Shown here: piece after piece, positions 26,460-26,884 of the stretch | How positions within the stretch are numbered: the first letter of the stretch is position 1 | Layout of the letters: each line of letters opens with the position of its first letter | NCBI GenBank assembly: GCA_046540195.1 | Contig: JBKHFN010000001.1 | Location: 1-26,884 of the forward strand | DNA length: 26,884 bases | From: Salinarchaeum sp. | GTDB lineage: Archaea > Halobacteriota > Halobacteria > Halobacteriales > Salinarchaeaceae | Reading direction: 5' to 3' | Notes under the pieces: model-generated | The model's input: the letters and a program-made list of their open reading frames with translations, nothing else | What the model was told of the DNA's origin: nothing | Databases searched by the model: none | Made by a program: the position numbers and the translations under genes

Positions 26460-26884
26460 ATGAGAATCGGCTTTTTTACCGACAGCTACTTTCCCGAGGT
26501 TGACGGTGTCACCTACACACTCAAACTCTGGCGTGAGAAACTCGAAGCGCGAGGGCATGAGGTGTATGTGATCTACCCGGACGGGGCCTACGAACCCGGG
26601 CCACGGGAGATTCCCGTGCCATCAGTGTCAAACCCATTTTATGACGGGTACCGGATCCCGCTGTTCCGGCCGCTTGCGGCCTTGCCGGCCCTTGATGTCG
26701 TCCACTGCCACGGCCCGGCCCCTGTCGGGATGCTCGGTCGGTACTACGCCTGGAAACACGGGGTGCCATCGGTATACACCCACCACACCCCACTTGAGGA
26801 GTACTTTGAGCAGAGCATCGGCATCACGTCGATCGCCAACGGACTCGCGAAGGGGTATGTACCGCTTGAGACCGCCTTCCTTCG
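26460..26884 (+). CDS. GT4 glycosyltransferase resembling LafA/MGS monoglucosyl-lipid synthases; runs off the window
   Basis: Not in the ORF track. Hand translation: MRIGFFTDSYFPEVDGVTYTLKLWREKLEARGHEVYVIYP...DVVHCHGP...VYTHHTPLEEY, open to the window end. Confidence 0.88.
   Translation, partial: MRIGFFTDSYFPEVDGVTYTLKLWREKLEARGHEVYVIYPDGAYEPGPREIPVPSVSNPFYDGYRIPLFRPLAALPALDVVHCHGPAPVGMLGRYYAWKHGVPSVYTHHTPLEEYFEQSIGITSIANGLAKGYVPLETAFL

Noticed and set aside
203-26793. Numerous long antisense and alternate-frame ORFs (e.g. 203-823, 2934-3644, 19460-20329, 22866-23546)
   Set aside because: Shadow ORFs typical of GC-rich DNA; Arg/Ser-rich, non-acidic, and overlapping well-supported genes

Overview
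Haloarchaeal (Halobacteria-type) chromosomal window: GC-rich DNA, strongly acidic proteins, and TATA-like boxes about 25-30 nt before mostly leaderless starts. From left to right it holds porB (partial) and porA, aroC, aroA broken by a one-base frameshift, nnr-moaC-yqeC convergent with mobA, a btuF/btuCD cobalamin-type ABC transporter, hflX, menA, a small HEWD zinc-finger protein, rpl11 without rpl1, a small HTH protein, an HD protein, a peroxiredoxin, tatA and tRNA-Arg(CCT). A 27-bp duplication of the tRNA 3' end flanks an integrase-less 1.4-kb mini-island carrying a toxin-antitoxin-like gene pair. Next come a gene-poor gap with a possible structured RNA and a CoA-disulfide/persulfide reductase with a rhodanese domain. 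The window ends in a surface-glycoconjugate locus: epimerase, UPF0104 flippase-like protein, two sulfatase-fold proteins with Thr in place of the Cys/Ser nucleophile, and two GT4 enzymes resembling the Firmicute mono- and di-glycosyl lipid synthases. That last locus is the best candidate for an undescribed system (inferred sulfated diglycosyl-archaeol synthesis). All family assignments come from motif recognition by eye; no searches were run.
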